A DNA stretch of 64,000 nt from Alphaproteobacteria bacterium (GCA_965237415.1 CBDEFM010000002.1:224001-288000), one strand, 5' to 3'. Counted from the first letter of the stretch, positions 1 to 8,554 are shown. Translations and numbers: made by a program. The notes: generated by a model from the sequence alone, not told the origin.

Positions 1-573
1 GGCATAGACGCCGCGCGCGGTGTCGGAGAGCACCGCGTCCTCCTCCCAGCTTCCCTCCCACAGCTTATAGGTGACCTCCAGATATTCCTCGGCGCGGCGG
101 TAGCGCTCATCGTGGGGCGGCAACCCGCCGAGGCCGAGATTGGTGCCCGCGTTCGGCAGGTACGAGGTCACGATGTTCCAGGCGAGGCGCCCTTGCGTGA
201 GGTGGTCCAGCGTCGAAATCTGGCGGGCGAAGGTGAAGGGCGGCACCTGAAGGACGGAGCTGGTGAAGGCGAAGCCGAGATGCTCGGTCGCCATCGCCAT
301 CGCCGGGATGAGCGGCATCGGGTCGTTCGCCGGGATCTGCACGGCTTCCACGATCGCGGTATCCGGCCCGCCGCGGTAGAGGTCGTACGTGCCGATCACA
401 TCGGCGAGGAAGAGCGCGTCGAAGCCGCCCTTCTCAAGCAGCCGGGCGAGCTCGATCCAGGGCTCGATCCGGTTGAACTCGCGTTGACGCGTGTCGTCCC
501 GCACCCAGAGGCCGTGCTGGATGTGGGAGACGCAGTTCATCGAGAAGGCGTTGAGGTGGATGCGCTTGCGCAT
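1..573 (-). CDS. NtaA/DmoA/SoxA-family FMN-dependent (LLM class) monooxygenase, 3' end beyond window
   Basis: Not in the ORF track. Manual minus-strand translation from ATG at 573 gives MRKRIHLNAFSMNCVSHIQHGLW...LARLLEKGGFDALFLADVIG...FARQISTLDHLTQGRLAWNIVTS...HDERYRRAEEYLEVTYKLWEGSWEEDA, the typical family motifs. Confidence 0.9.
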   Translation of the reverse strand, partial: MRKRIHLNAFSMNCVSHIQHGLWVRDDTRQREFNRIEPWIELARLLEKGGFDALFLADVIGTYDLYRGGPDTAIVEAVQIPANDPMPLIPAMAMATEHLGFAFTSSVLQVPPFTFARQISTLDHLTQGRLAWNIVTSYLPNAGTNLGLGGLPPHDERYRRAEEYLEVTYKLWEGSWEEDAVLSDTARGVYA

Positions 574-721
574 CGGCGCTCGTCTTTCAAGCCGCGGCCG
601 CATGCCAGCATGGCACGCCCGCGCCGGTTGCGAAACGCAGAGAGCACGGCGGTCGCGGCGTACTGTATGGTCGGCGCCATGACGTGGCGCTCGGCGCCGC
701 GAGCGAGGCCAAGCGCAGGCG

Positions 722-1531
722 ATGGCGGGGGAGGCGATGGCGGAGGATCGCGCAGCGGACCACACGGTCGGCGTCGACGGCAAGGTGGTACTGGTCACCG
801 GCGCATCGCGCGGCATCGGTGCGTGCTGCGTCCGCTCGCTGCTCGATGGCGGCGCCTCCGTCGTCGTCCACTACAACACACGGCGGGAGGCAGCCGAGGC
901 ATTGGCGCAAGCCGCGCCCGACCGCTGCTTTCCGGTGGGTGCCGATCTCGCGGAGGAGGAGGCGCCCCACGCGCTCTGGCAGCAGGCGCTCGCCTGGCAG
1001 GGCCGGATCGACGTGCTCATCAACAACGCGGCCGTCTACGAGGCCGAGCCTGCGATCACCGATGATGATGGCTGGCCCGCAGCGTGGCGCGCCGTCTGGC
1101 AGCGCACGTTGCAGATCAATCTGCTGGCCCCCGCCGAACTCGCCACGCTTGCCGTCGAGCACTTCCGCTCGCGGGGCGGCGGCATCCTCATCCATCTCTC
1201 GAGCCGGGCGGCCCATCGCGGCGAGAAGCCGCTGCTCGGCGCCTATGCGGCAAGCAAGAGTGCGCTCAATGCGCTGAGCCACACCATCGCCCGCAATCAC
1301 GGTGGCGAGGGCGTGCTCTCCTACGCTGTGGCGCCCGGCTGGGTCGGCACCGACATGTCGTGGGACTACATCAACAAGACCGGCGATCGCGGCCCGCTCG
1401 CAGAGAACGCGCTCGGCACGCTGATCCCACCCGAGGAAGTGGCGAACATCGTGACCTTCCTCGCCTCCGGCGCGGCCCGCCACGCCACCGGCACCGTCAT
1501 CGACATCAACGGCGCGTCCTTCCCGCGATAG
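722..1531 (+). CDS. SDR family NAD(P)-dependent oxidoreductase
   Basis: TGASRGIG Rossmann motif, NNAA, YAASK catalytic motif, C-terminal TGTVIDINGAS. Confidence 0.93.
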   Translation: MAGEAMAEDRAADHTVGVDGKVVLVTGASRGIGACCVRSLLDGGASVVVHYNTRREAAEALAQAAPDRCFPVGADLAEEEAPHALWQQALAWQGRIDVLINNAAVYEAEPAITDDDGWPAAWRAVWQRTLQINLLAPAELATLAVEHFRSRGGGILIHLSSRAAHRGEKPLLGAYAASKSALNALSHTIARNHGGEGVLSYAVAPGWVGTDMSWDYINKTGDRGPLAENALGTLIPPEEVANIVTFLASGAARHATGTVIDINGASFPR

Positions 1532-1539
1532 GGGGACGG
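1486..1539 (+). repeat. SDR 3'-end direct repeat, copy R1 (functional gene end)
   Basis: caccggcaccgtcatcgacatcaacggcgcgtccttcccgcgaTAGggggacgg. Confidence 0.9.
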
Positions 1540-1572
1540 AGGTGCGGATCACCGTCGCAAACAATTGCGCGA

Positions 1573-1588
1573 ATCGCAAAAATGCTAT
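1573..1588 (+). promoter_or_regulatory. Probable TA autoregulatory operator/promoter
   Basis: Imperfect inverted repeat ATCGCA-AAAA-TGCTAT in the AT-rich stretch just upstream of the toxin start. Confidence 0.5.
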
Positions 1589-1604
1589 ATCTGAGTGATC
1601 GAAG

Positions 1605-1931
1605 GTGTGGACCGTCGAGTCCCTGAATGAGACCGTGGACGAGGAACTTCAGGCGTTACCCGCCGATATGCGGGCACGCCTCACGCGAATCTGCGAATTG
1701 ATTTCCACGGTGGGTCTGGAGCGTGTGGGCGCACCGCATGTCAGGCACTTGAGAGGTCCGCTCTGGGAAATGCGTATGAGCGGCAGGGCGGGAATATCGC
1801 GTGCGGTCTATGTCGCAAGCAGAGAGGACAAGAGAATTGTGATCGTGCGGGCGTTCATCAAGAAAACCATGAAGACGCCTCGCCGAGAAATCGATTTGGC
1901 GCTGCGCCGCGCCAAGGAGGTGACAGGATGA
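1605..1931 (+). CDS. Type II toxin, RelE/ParE (Gp49-like) family
   Basis: 108 aa, PHVRHLRGPLWEMRMSG...RAVY...AFIKKTMKTPRREIDLALRR; overlaps the antitoxin start (ATGA). Confidence 0.88.
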   Translation: MWTVESLNETVDEELQALPADMRARLTRICELISTVGLERVGAPHVRHLRGPLWEMRMSGRAGISRAVYVASREDKRIVIVRAFIKKTMKTPRREIDLALRRAKEVTG

Positions 1932-2206
1932 GCAAGCTGGCCGATTTGCACGAAAGGTGGAGCCGGGAGCCGGAATATCGCGAGGCCTACGACGGGCTGG
2001 GCCTGGAGTTCGAACTTTCCCGCTCTCTCATCGAGGCACGCACTCGTGCAAAGCTCACACAAGCCGAACTGGCCGAACGCATGCAGACCACGCAATCGGT
2101 GATCGCCCGGCTCGAGAGTGGCCGGAGCCGACCGTCGACGAGGACGTTGGAAAAGATCGCGCAAGCGACCGGCACGAGGCTTCGTATCAACTTCGACCCG
2201 GCGTGA
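1928..2206 (+). CDS. XRE/HigA-type HTH antitoxin
   Basis: LTQAELAERMQTTQSVIARLESG HTH; toxin-first gene order. Confidence 0.88.
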   Translation: MSKLADLHERWSREPEYREAYDGLGLEFELSRSLIEARTRAKLTQAELAERMQTTQSVIARLESGRSRPSTRTLEKIAQATGTRLRINFDPA

Positions 2207-2217
2207 CGATCGCTGCA

Positions 2218-2266
2218 GCACTGTCATCGATATCAACGGCGCCTCTTTCCCACGCTTGGGAGACGG
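2218..2266 (+). repeat. SDR 3'-end direct repeat, copy R2
   Basis: gcactgtcatcgatatcaacggcgcctctttcccacgcttgggagacgg, 41/49 identical to 1491-1539; still translates TVIDINGASFPR. Confidence 0.9.
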
Positions 2267-2303
2267 CCCGTCGTGGAAGACGCGACAGACACGGAGGGCA
2301 ACC

Positions 2304-3419
2304 ATGAAGGCAACCACATGCTTTGCCGCGTTAGCGACGATCGGCCTGCTTGCACTTGCGGGCTGCTTACACGATGGCGGAGACGACGACTCTCTTGCAT
2401 CCGGGCCTCCGGCGACCACCGAGACGGACATGTCCACGGTAACCCTGAACGACTCGCGCAGCGCGAATTCCGCCGAGGTCATGGACGTGACGGCCCAAGC
2501 GGCACGGTCGCTGCCCCAATTCGGGAGCGTTGTTCAGGCGGCAGCCGTCGGTGTGGCGAACGCTTCCGGCATTTCTACGAGCTTCGACGGCACTGACCTG
2601 ACGATCACTGTGTCGCGCGACGATGGCAGCGCGCTGGCGCTCGACACCGGGAGCGACGTCTCAGACTCTTCCGGCACTTTTTTCGAGTCACCCATTGCCG
2701 GCCACAGTGCTCAGGCGTGGGTCGTGTTGAAGATCGACAACGACGGCATTTCGGTCGCTCGCGCTACGGTGACTGCGAACGAGGGCGATGCGGCCGACTA
2801 CCTGACGATGGGCTATTGGATGCACATCGCCGGGGATTTGTCCGAGTTCAGCTTCACCGGTGTTGAGATCGGGACCTTCGTCGATGGCCCCGAGCTCTCT
2901 TTGACATCGCCGGCGAGCCTGCCGAACCAGGGAACGGCGTCATATTACGGGCCGGCAGGAGGCGCTTGCAGCGTCCTCCATGGCACGGGGGAGGGGGGCA
3001 CCCCAGGCCCGACCGAGATCGGCGAGTTCGCCTCGACCGTGGAGCTCACGGCCTATTTCGCAGGGGGTACCATCGGCGGGTGCGTGGGGTGCCGCGATGG
3101 GGTTGAGCTGTTCGGGGTGCTTCATGACGCCGACACGGGGGAAGAAAGCGACATCCTGCTTGAGAATTCCGGCTATCGCTTGCATCTCGACCCCACCAGC
3201 CTCGACTCCAACGGCACGTTCCTCGGTCAGCAGATGAGGCTGGAGCACCCAGCCATTTCGATCACCAGGACAACGGGTGCGTGGGGCGGTCAGTTCTCAA
3301 ACATTCCCGACAGCGCGGGCGACCCACGTCTGTTGGCCGGCACATTCGGCGCCGAGGCGACCGGCGCCGACGAGAGCGAGGCCGTCTTCCTCGGCTCCTT
3401 CATCGGCACCAAGGAATAG
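2304..3419 (+). CDS. Lipoprotein with probable transferrin-binding-protein-like beta-barrel
   Basis: RBS ggaggg and ATG at 2304; signal peptide with lipobox LAGC, Asp/Ser-rich linker, C-terminal GAWGGQFS...LAGTFGA...FLGSFIG beta-strand pattern. The fold assignment is inferred. Confidence 0.65.
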   Translation: MKATTCFAALATIGLLALAGCLHDGGDDDSLASGPPATTETDMSTVTLNDSRSANSAEVMDVTAQAARSLPQFGSVVQAAAVGVANASGISTSFDGTDLTITVSRDDGSALALDTGSDVSDSSGTFFESPIAGHSAQAWVVLKIDNDGISVARATVTANEGDAADYLTMGYWMHIAGDLSEFSFTGVEIGTFVDGPELSLTSPASLPNQGTASYYGPAGGACSVLHGTGEGGTPGPTEIGEFASTVELTAYFAGGTIGGCVGCRDGVELFGVLHDADTGEESDILLENSGYRLHLDPTSLDSNGTFLGQQMRLEHPAISITRTTGAWGGQFSNIPDSAGDPRLLAGTFGAEATGADESEAVFLGSFIGTKE

Positions 3420-3468
3420 ATGCTTGCTCAGGGGCCGCTCCGTTCGAGCGGTCCCACTTTCACTCCCT

Positions 3469-3516
3469 CACCGGCACCGTCATCGATATCAACGGTGCGC
3501 GCTTACGCAATAGGGG
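3469..3516 (+). repeat. SDR 3'-end direct repeat, copy R3
   Basis: caccggcaccgtcatcgatatcaacggtgcg is 29/31 identical to 1486-1516, followed by ...cgcaaTAGggg retaining the stop codon context. Confidence 0.88.
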
Positions 3517-3547
3517 AGGCGGCCCCGCGCTGAACACGGGGCCGCCT
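3517..3547. terminator. Stem-loop between convergent genes
   Basis: Perfect 11-bp stem aggcggccccg-N9-cggggccgcct. Confidence 0.7.
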
Positions 3548-3555
3548 GTTGCCGA

Positions 3556-4599
3556 TCAGCCGTAACGATAGGGCCTTCCGGCCTTCTCCATGTCCGAATT
3601 GTACTGCTTGAAGATCTCGACCACCTTGGCCTTGGTTTCCGATTCGGCCGCGATTTCGTCCCAGAAGATGCGTGCCGCGGCTTCGACCTGGGCCCATTCG
3701 TCGTCGGGGATCGAGGTCAGCTGCATCTTCGTGCCGTGGACGCGGAGGCTCGCCTCGCCGCCCCAATACCACCACTGGCGGTAGTAGTGGGACTGATCGC
3801 AGATGACGTGCAGGAGGGTCTGAAGATCCTCGGGAATCTCGTTCCAGCGTTCCATGTTGGCGTAGAACGAGCCGATCCAGGCGCCTGAGATGTTGTTGGT
3901 GAGGAAGTAGTTGGTCACGTCGGCCCAGCCGACCGTGTAGTCCTCGGTGATTCCGGACCAAGAGACGCCGTCGAGCTCGCCGGTCTGCACCGCGACCTCG
4001 ATGTCCTCCCAGGGAAGCGTCACCGGGACCACCCCGAACTGGGTCAGGAAGCGCCCGGCGGTGGGGAAGGTGAAGACGCGCTTGCCCTCCAGGTCGGCGA
4101 GAGAGTGGATCGGGTCCTTGGTTGCGAAGTGGCAGGGATCCCAGGCACCCGCCGAGATATGCTTAATCCCGACTTTCTCGTACTCGGCTGCCCAGATCTC
4201 GTTCAGGCCGTATTGGTTGAATAGCACGGGCACGTCGAGCGAATAGCGCGATGCGAAGGGGAAGTATCCACCGAAGACCGTCACCTCGGTGGGCGACGCC
4301 ATCGAGTCGTCGTCCGATTGCACCGCGTCGATTGTGCCCCCCTGCATGGAGCGGAAGAGCTCGCCCGTGGGCACGATCTGGTCAGAGAAGAACAGCTCGA
4401 TCTGCATGCGCTCGCCCGCGATCTTGTTGAACATATCGATCGCGGGTTTCACCACGTGCGCGGCCAAGGCGGGACCGGCGTAGGTCTGCATCCGCCACGT
4501 GATTTGGGCCTGCGCGACTGCGGGCGTCGTCAGCGCGGCGGCAGCGGCAACGGCAGGCGCGGCGGCAGCGGCCTTGAGAAGATTACGCCGTGTTGTCAT
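3556..4599 (-). CDS. dctP: TRAP transporter substrate-binding protein (TakP-like), Tat signal
   Basis: TRRNLLK Tat motif, WRMQTY; operon with DctQ and DctM. Confidence 0.9.
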   Translation of the reverse strand: MTTRRNLLKAAAAAPAVAAAAALTTPAVAQAQITWRMQTYAGPALAAHVVKPAIDMFNKIAGERMQIELFFSDQIVPTGELFRSMQGGTIDAVQSDDDSMASPTEVTVFGGYFPFASRYSLDVPVLFNQYGLNEIWAAEYEKVGIKHISAGAWDPCHFATKDPIHSLADLEGKRVFTFPTAGRFLTQFGVVPVTLPWEDIEVAVQTGELDGVSWSGITEDYTVGWADVTNYFLTNNISGAWIGSFYANMERWNEIPEDLQTLLHVICDQSHYYRQWWYWGGEASLRVHGTKMQLTSIPDDEWAQVEAAARIFWDEIAAESETKAKVVEIFKQYNSDMEKAGRPYRYG

Positions 4600-4644
4600 G
4601 AGTTTTTCCTTTCAGGTTGATGCTGAGGTAAACCCAGCTATGGA

Positions 4645-5970
4645 TCAGTTGCCGTAAACGTGCGCCGGAAACCACAGCGCGATTTCCGGGAAAATCATGA
4701 TGATCGTGAGTGCCAAGATCATCACGCCGACAAAGGGTATGATCGAGCGGTAAATGTCGCGCAAGGTAATTTCGGGTGGGGCCATGGCCCGCATGAGGAA
4801 GAGGTTGTAGCCGAAGGGCGGCGTCATGTACGCGATCTGCGTGGTAATCGTATAGAGCACGCCGTACCAGATCAGGTTAAATCCCAGGGCGTCGACCAGC
4901 GGCACATAGAGGGGCGCCACGATCACCAGCATCGCGGTGTCGTCAAGGAACGTTCCCATCACGAGGAACGACAACTGCATGAGGACAAGCACCATCCACG
5001 GCGAAAGTCCCATTTGTTCGGTGAACACATCCTCGATCGCGTGCGCCGCGCCGAGCCCATCGAACACCGAGCCGAAGGCCAGCGCCGCCAGGATGATCCA
5101 CATGAACATGCAGCTGATGCGGAGCGTGTTGCGCACCGTGTTCTCGAGCACCTGCCGGGTCATGCGCCGCCTGACCACAGCGGCAAGGAAGGCTGCGAGA
5201 GCGCCGATGGCCGAGGATTCCACGAGCGAGGTCGATCCGCTGATGAAGGGCACGATCATCACCGCGTAGATGAAGAGCGGCAGCAGGCCGGCGCGGAGAA
5301 GTTTGATCTTTTCGGCCCTGGGCACATCGCGTTCGGCCTTGGGAAGCACGGGGCCGAGGCTGGGGGTGATCGCACAGCGCACACCGATATAGAGGACGAA
5401 AAGCCCGGCCATCATGAGACCGGGGAAAATCCCCGCGAGCCAGAGTTGCCCCACAGGCTGACGCGCAATCATCGCGTAGAGGACGAGCACCACCGAGGGA
5501 GGTACGAGGATACCGAGCGAGCTGCCGGCTTGAATGACGCCGGTCACCATGCGCTTGTCGTAGTTGCGCTTGAGCAGTTCCGGCAGCGCGATGGTCGCGC
5601 CGATGGCCATGCCCGCAACGCTCAGCCCGTTCATCGCCGACACCAGCACCATCAGGCCGATCGTGCCCATGGCGAGCCCGCCGGCCATCCCGCCCGTCCA
5701 CACGTGGAACATGCGGTAGAGGTCGTCGGCGATCCTCGATTCCGAGAGCACATAACCCATGAAGATGAACATCGGCAGCGTGAGCAGCGGATACCATTTC
5801 ATGAGCTTCATGGCGGCGGCGAAGCCCAGGTCGTAACCGCCTCGATCGCCCCAGAGGAGGAGCGCAGAAAGCACGGCGACGAAGCCAATGGCCGCAAAGA
5901 CTCGCTGGCCGGTGGCCAACATAAGCATCATTAGCGCGAACATCAGAATGGTGATTAGCTCGTAGGACAT
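4645..5970 (-). CDS. dctM: TRAP transporter large permease
   Basis: Start at MSYELIT; LGILVPPS and TPPFGYNLF motifs. Confidence 0.92.
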   Translation of the reverse strand: MSYELITILMFALMMLMLATGQRVFAAIGFVAVLSALLLWGDRGGYDLGFAAAMKLMKWYPLLTLPMFIFMGYVLSESRIADDLYRMFHVWTGGMAGGLAMGTIGLMVLVSAMNGLSVAGMAIGATIALPELLKRNYDKRMVTGVIQAGSSLGILVPPSVVLVLYAMIARQPVGQLWLAGIFPGLMMAGLFVLYIGVRCAITPSLGPVLPKAERDVPRAEKIKLLRAGLLPLFIYAVMIVPFISGSTSLVESSAIGALAAFLAAVVRRRMTRQVLENTVRNTLRISCMFMWIILAALAFGSVFDGLGAAHAIEDVFTEQMGLSPWMVLVLMQLSFLVMGTFLDDTAMLVIVAPLYVPLVDALGFNLIWYGVLYTITTQIAYMTPPFGYNLFLMRAMAPPEITLRDIYRSIIPFVGVMILALTIIMIFPEIALWFPAHVYGN

Positions 5971-6479
5971 CAGATTGCCTCGCCGCGAAGCCGCAGGATG
6001 TCCTTGAAAAACTCTGAGATCGCCTGAAAGATCATCAATGCAATGCCGACGATCATGGTGACCTTGATCGGCCAAAGATAAGGCCGCCAGGCGGTCGGGC
6101 TTCGTTCGCCCCCATACTGAAAACTGTAAATCGTGGAATCGATTCCACCCCATAGGAGAACCACAAGATAGAACAAGAGAAAGAATACCGTAACTGAGTC
6201 GATCCATGCCTTTCTGCGGACGGACCAGGATCCGTAAAACAGGTCCATCCGCACGTTTGCGTCAGTCTGAACCGAGTAGGGGCCACCTAAGATGTAATAG
6301 GCGACCATCGCGAACTGCGCCATTTCCAGCGTCCAAAGCGAGGGGTTGAAGAACGTCTTGGAGAGCGACGACCAGAGCAGAATGCCCATGATCACGAACA
6401 GGCCGTACATGATGACCCGCCCAACGCGGCGGTTGATCAAGTCGACCACGTAAATGTAACCGCGCATCGCGCGGGTCAC
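5970..6479 (-). CDS. dctQ: TRAP transporter small permease
   Basis: About four TM segments, NVRMDLFY motif; probable GTG start at 6479 after a gagggg RBS. Confidence 0.88.
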   Translation of the reverse strand: MTRAMRGYIYVVDLINRRVGRVIMYGLFVIMGILLWSSLSKTFFNPSLWTLEMAQFAMVAYYILGGPYSVQTDANVRMDLFYGSWSVRRKAWIDSVTVFFLLFYLVVLLWGGIDSTIYSFQYGGERSPTAWRPYLWPIKVTMIVGIALMIFQAISEFFKDILRLRGEAI

Positions 6480-6904
6480 GGCCGCGCTCCCCTCGCTGCG
6501 GCGCCACGCGCCCCAGGCGGCGGGACAAGGTTGCATGGAAGGGCTGCGACAATATGTGCGTGGGTCTTGGCGCCCCTCGGAAGGTCTTTCCTGCCCTCGA
6601 TCACAAGGGGCCGGAGAGTGCAGTCGTCTCCGCCAAGAAGAGGGTCCGAAGCGACGGTGTTTCCCCGCCCGAAGGGGGCGCCTGTTGCAGGCTTGCCAGA
6701 CGGTCCGTTCCCGTACTCTCCCTGCTGCACCACCCTATCCCCGGAACCTGTTCGCCCGCCGCCGCATTTTCCCCGGTGGCACTATGAACAAAACCTCGCC
6801 TGCTACGCAATCTAATCTCCTTGAAGAGCATGCGTGGGCGGCCGAAGCGAAATACGGCATCGGGGTTTCCGCCCCCTCGTGCGTGGTCGCTGCGCTTGAT
6901 TGAG

Positions 6905-6922
6905 TGTGAACCATAGTTTACA
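6905..6922 (+). promoter_or_regulatory. Probable TA operator
   Basis: Inverted repeat TGTGAAC-CATA-GTTTACA abutting the toxin start. Confidence 0.55.
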
Positions 6923-7227
6923 TGTTGCCTGTGCCCGAGATCGTTGAGAGCGCCACGTTCAAGCGCTGGATCCGAGGTTTGCGCGACAGGAGCGCCACTG
7001 CACGAATCAACGCGCGTCTGCGGAGCGTGTCGCTGGGCAATGTCGGGGATGCGGGGCCGGTGGGCGGCGGTCTGTTTGAGATGCGCGTGCATCACGGACC
7101 CGGCTACCGCATCTACTTCCTGCGTGAGGATGCGAGGGTCGTCTTGCTCTGTGGCGGCGACAAGGGCAGCCAGCAACGCGACATCGAACGCGCCGGCAAG
7201 CTCGCGAATGATTGGAGGCAGAGATGA
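6922..7227 (+). CDS. Addiction module killer protein (RelE/HigB-like toxin)
   Basis: RINARLRSVSLGNVGD...VGGGLFEMRVHHGPGYRIYF...LLCGGDKGSQQRDIERA. Confidence 0.9.
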   Translation: MLPVPEIVESATFKRWIRGLRDRSATARINARLRSVSLGNVGDAGPVGGGLFEMRVHHGPGYRIYFLREDARVVLLCGGDKGSQQRDIERAGKLANDWRQR

Positions 7228-7511
7228 ACGAAGCGTTTACAAGGTGGGACGTTACCGAGCACCTTCGCACCCGCGAAGACACGCGCCTCTATCTGGAAGC
7301 CTGTGCGGAGGAGGACCCGGGCGATGGCAGTCTGATCCGCGCCGCCCTGAACGATATCGCACGGGCGGGTAACATAAGCCGGCTGGCGCGCGACGTGGGA
7401 ATGAGCCGCGAGGGACTTTACAAGGCATTGTCGGAGGACGGGAATCCAAGTTTTGCGACGGTAATGCGGATTGCGCGGGCGTTAGGGTTGCAAGTTCGGA
7501 TTACGGTGTAG
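7224..7511 (+). CDS. Addiction module antidote protein (HTH)
   Basis: WDVTEHL...ALNDIARA...LARDVGMSREGLYKALSEDGNPSFATVMRI. Confidence 0.9.
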   Translation: MNEAFTRWDVTEHLRTREDTRLYLEACAEEDPGDGSLIRAALNDIARAGNISRLARDVGMSREGLYKALSEDGNPSFATVMRIARALGLQVRITV

Positions 7512-7528
7512 GCGACCGCGACCAACCA

Positions 7529-8251
7529 TCACCGTCCGCGGCGTTCGTAGACGTTGGCGCGGGGAGTGGCGCCGATGCGCCGCGCCGTCGCCTTCCACTT
7601 GGGGCCGTGGCGGGCCTCGGGGCCGGCGAGGGCGTGGGCGATCTCGTGCAACACCGTGTCTCTGATCTCGGCCTCGCTGGCGTCCAAAGCATGGGCCCGG
7701 CCGATGCGGATCACGCGGTCCTGGAAGTGGCAGTCGCCGAGGCGCCTCTCGGCTTCGAGGAAGGCGAAGGTCCACTCGCCGAGGCCGTGCTGGTCCATCA
7801 ACTCCCGCGCTATCGCGGCGATGCTGGCGAGGCGTTGGGCGCCGTTGCGCGCCTCTTTCTGCCGCCCTGAGCCACCCATGCCGCTCAGCCCGCCGTAGGG
7901 AACATTCCAAAGGGTCCGGCCCACGCGCACCCTGGCTTGCGTCGGGTTGAGCTTCACGATCTTGCCGCTCCGCGGCGTCCCGTCGGGGCCCGCGAACGCC
8001 ACCCTGTCGCCCACCCGCCACTGGGCGCGCGCCGTATCGTCGCCCGTCACCATCGTGGCGCGGCGGGGGAGGCCCGAGGGCGTCAGCGCCGCCTCCGACA
8101 CCTTCCAGAGCCGGTCCGCGTCATCGATCACCGTGGCGAGAGTCCGCCGTCTTTGCCGGCGGAGGAGGTGGCCGTGGATCGTCTTCCCCCGATGGGTGAA
8201 GCGCACGGCGTCGCCGATGGAGAGCGCCCGAACGTCCCGGCCATCGGCCAT
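7529..8251 (-). CDS. SprT-like Zn metalloprotease with two N-terminal SH3/KOW-like repeats
   Basis: DTVLHEIAHAL...HGPKWKATARRIGA SprT motif; two similar N-terminal blocks IGDAVRF...LWKV and VGDRVAF...LWNV. Confidence 0.78.
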   Translation of the reverse strand: MADGRDVRALSIGDAVRFTHRGKTIHGHLLRRQRRRTLATVIDDADRLWKVSEAALTPSGLPRRATMVTGDDTARAQWRVGDRVAFAGPDGTPRSGKIVKLNPTQARVRVGRTLWNVPYGGLSGMGGSGRQKEARNGAQRLASIAAIARELMDQHGLGEWTFAFLEAERRLGDCHFQDRVIRIGRAHALDASEAEIRDTVLHEIAHALAGPEARHGPKWKATARRIGATPRANVYERRGR

Positions 8252-8554
8252 TCGATGTATCCCCCCAACCTCGTCCCGACTGCTGCGCGCCGCCTGGGAT
8301 CAGACCCGCGACTCGACAAACGGCGCGTGAAGAATTGTACAAAAACGACGCCTCGTGGCGTGCGTCATCGGCAGAATCGCGCCAAGTTGAGGAACGATCT
8401 GCCCCCGCCGCCGTGTACATCGAAGCGTCCACTTTGCCTAGTGTTGCGGCCATTTTCGCCGCATTCGCCCCCTGCTTGCGAGTTCTCCCTCCGGGGACAT
8501 TTCGTGCATTGAAGTATTGACAAAGGATTTCCGAGGGTTACAAGCCCGGCCGTC

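Noticed and set aside
2118-2303. N-terminal extension of ORF 2118..3419
   Set aside because: It overlaps the antitoxin and runs through repeat R2; the RBS and signal peptide point to the ATG at 2304.
1486-3516. CRISPR or classical integron interpretation of the three repeats
   Set aside because: The spacers are gene-sized, there are no cas or intI genes, and I see no attC-like RYYYAAC/GTTRRRY dyad. The repeat is coding sequence.
6480-6900. Short ORFs between dctQ and the second TA pair
   Set aside because: No recognisable motif or RBS; this could be a decayed gene but I cannot support a call.
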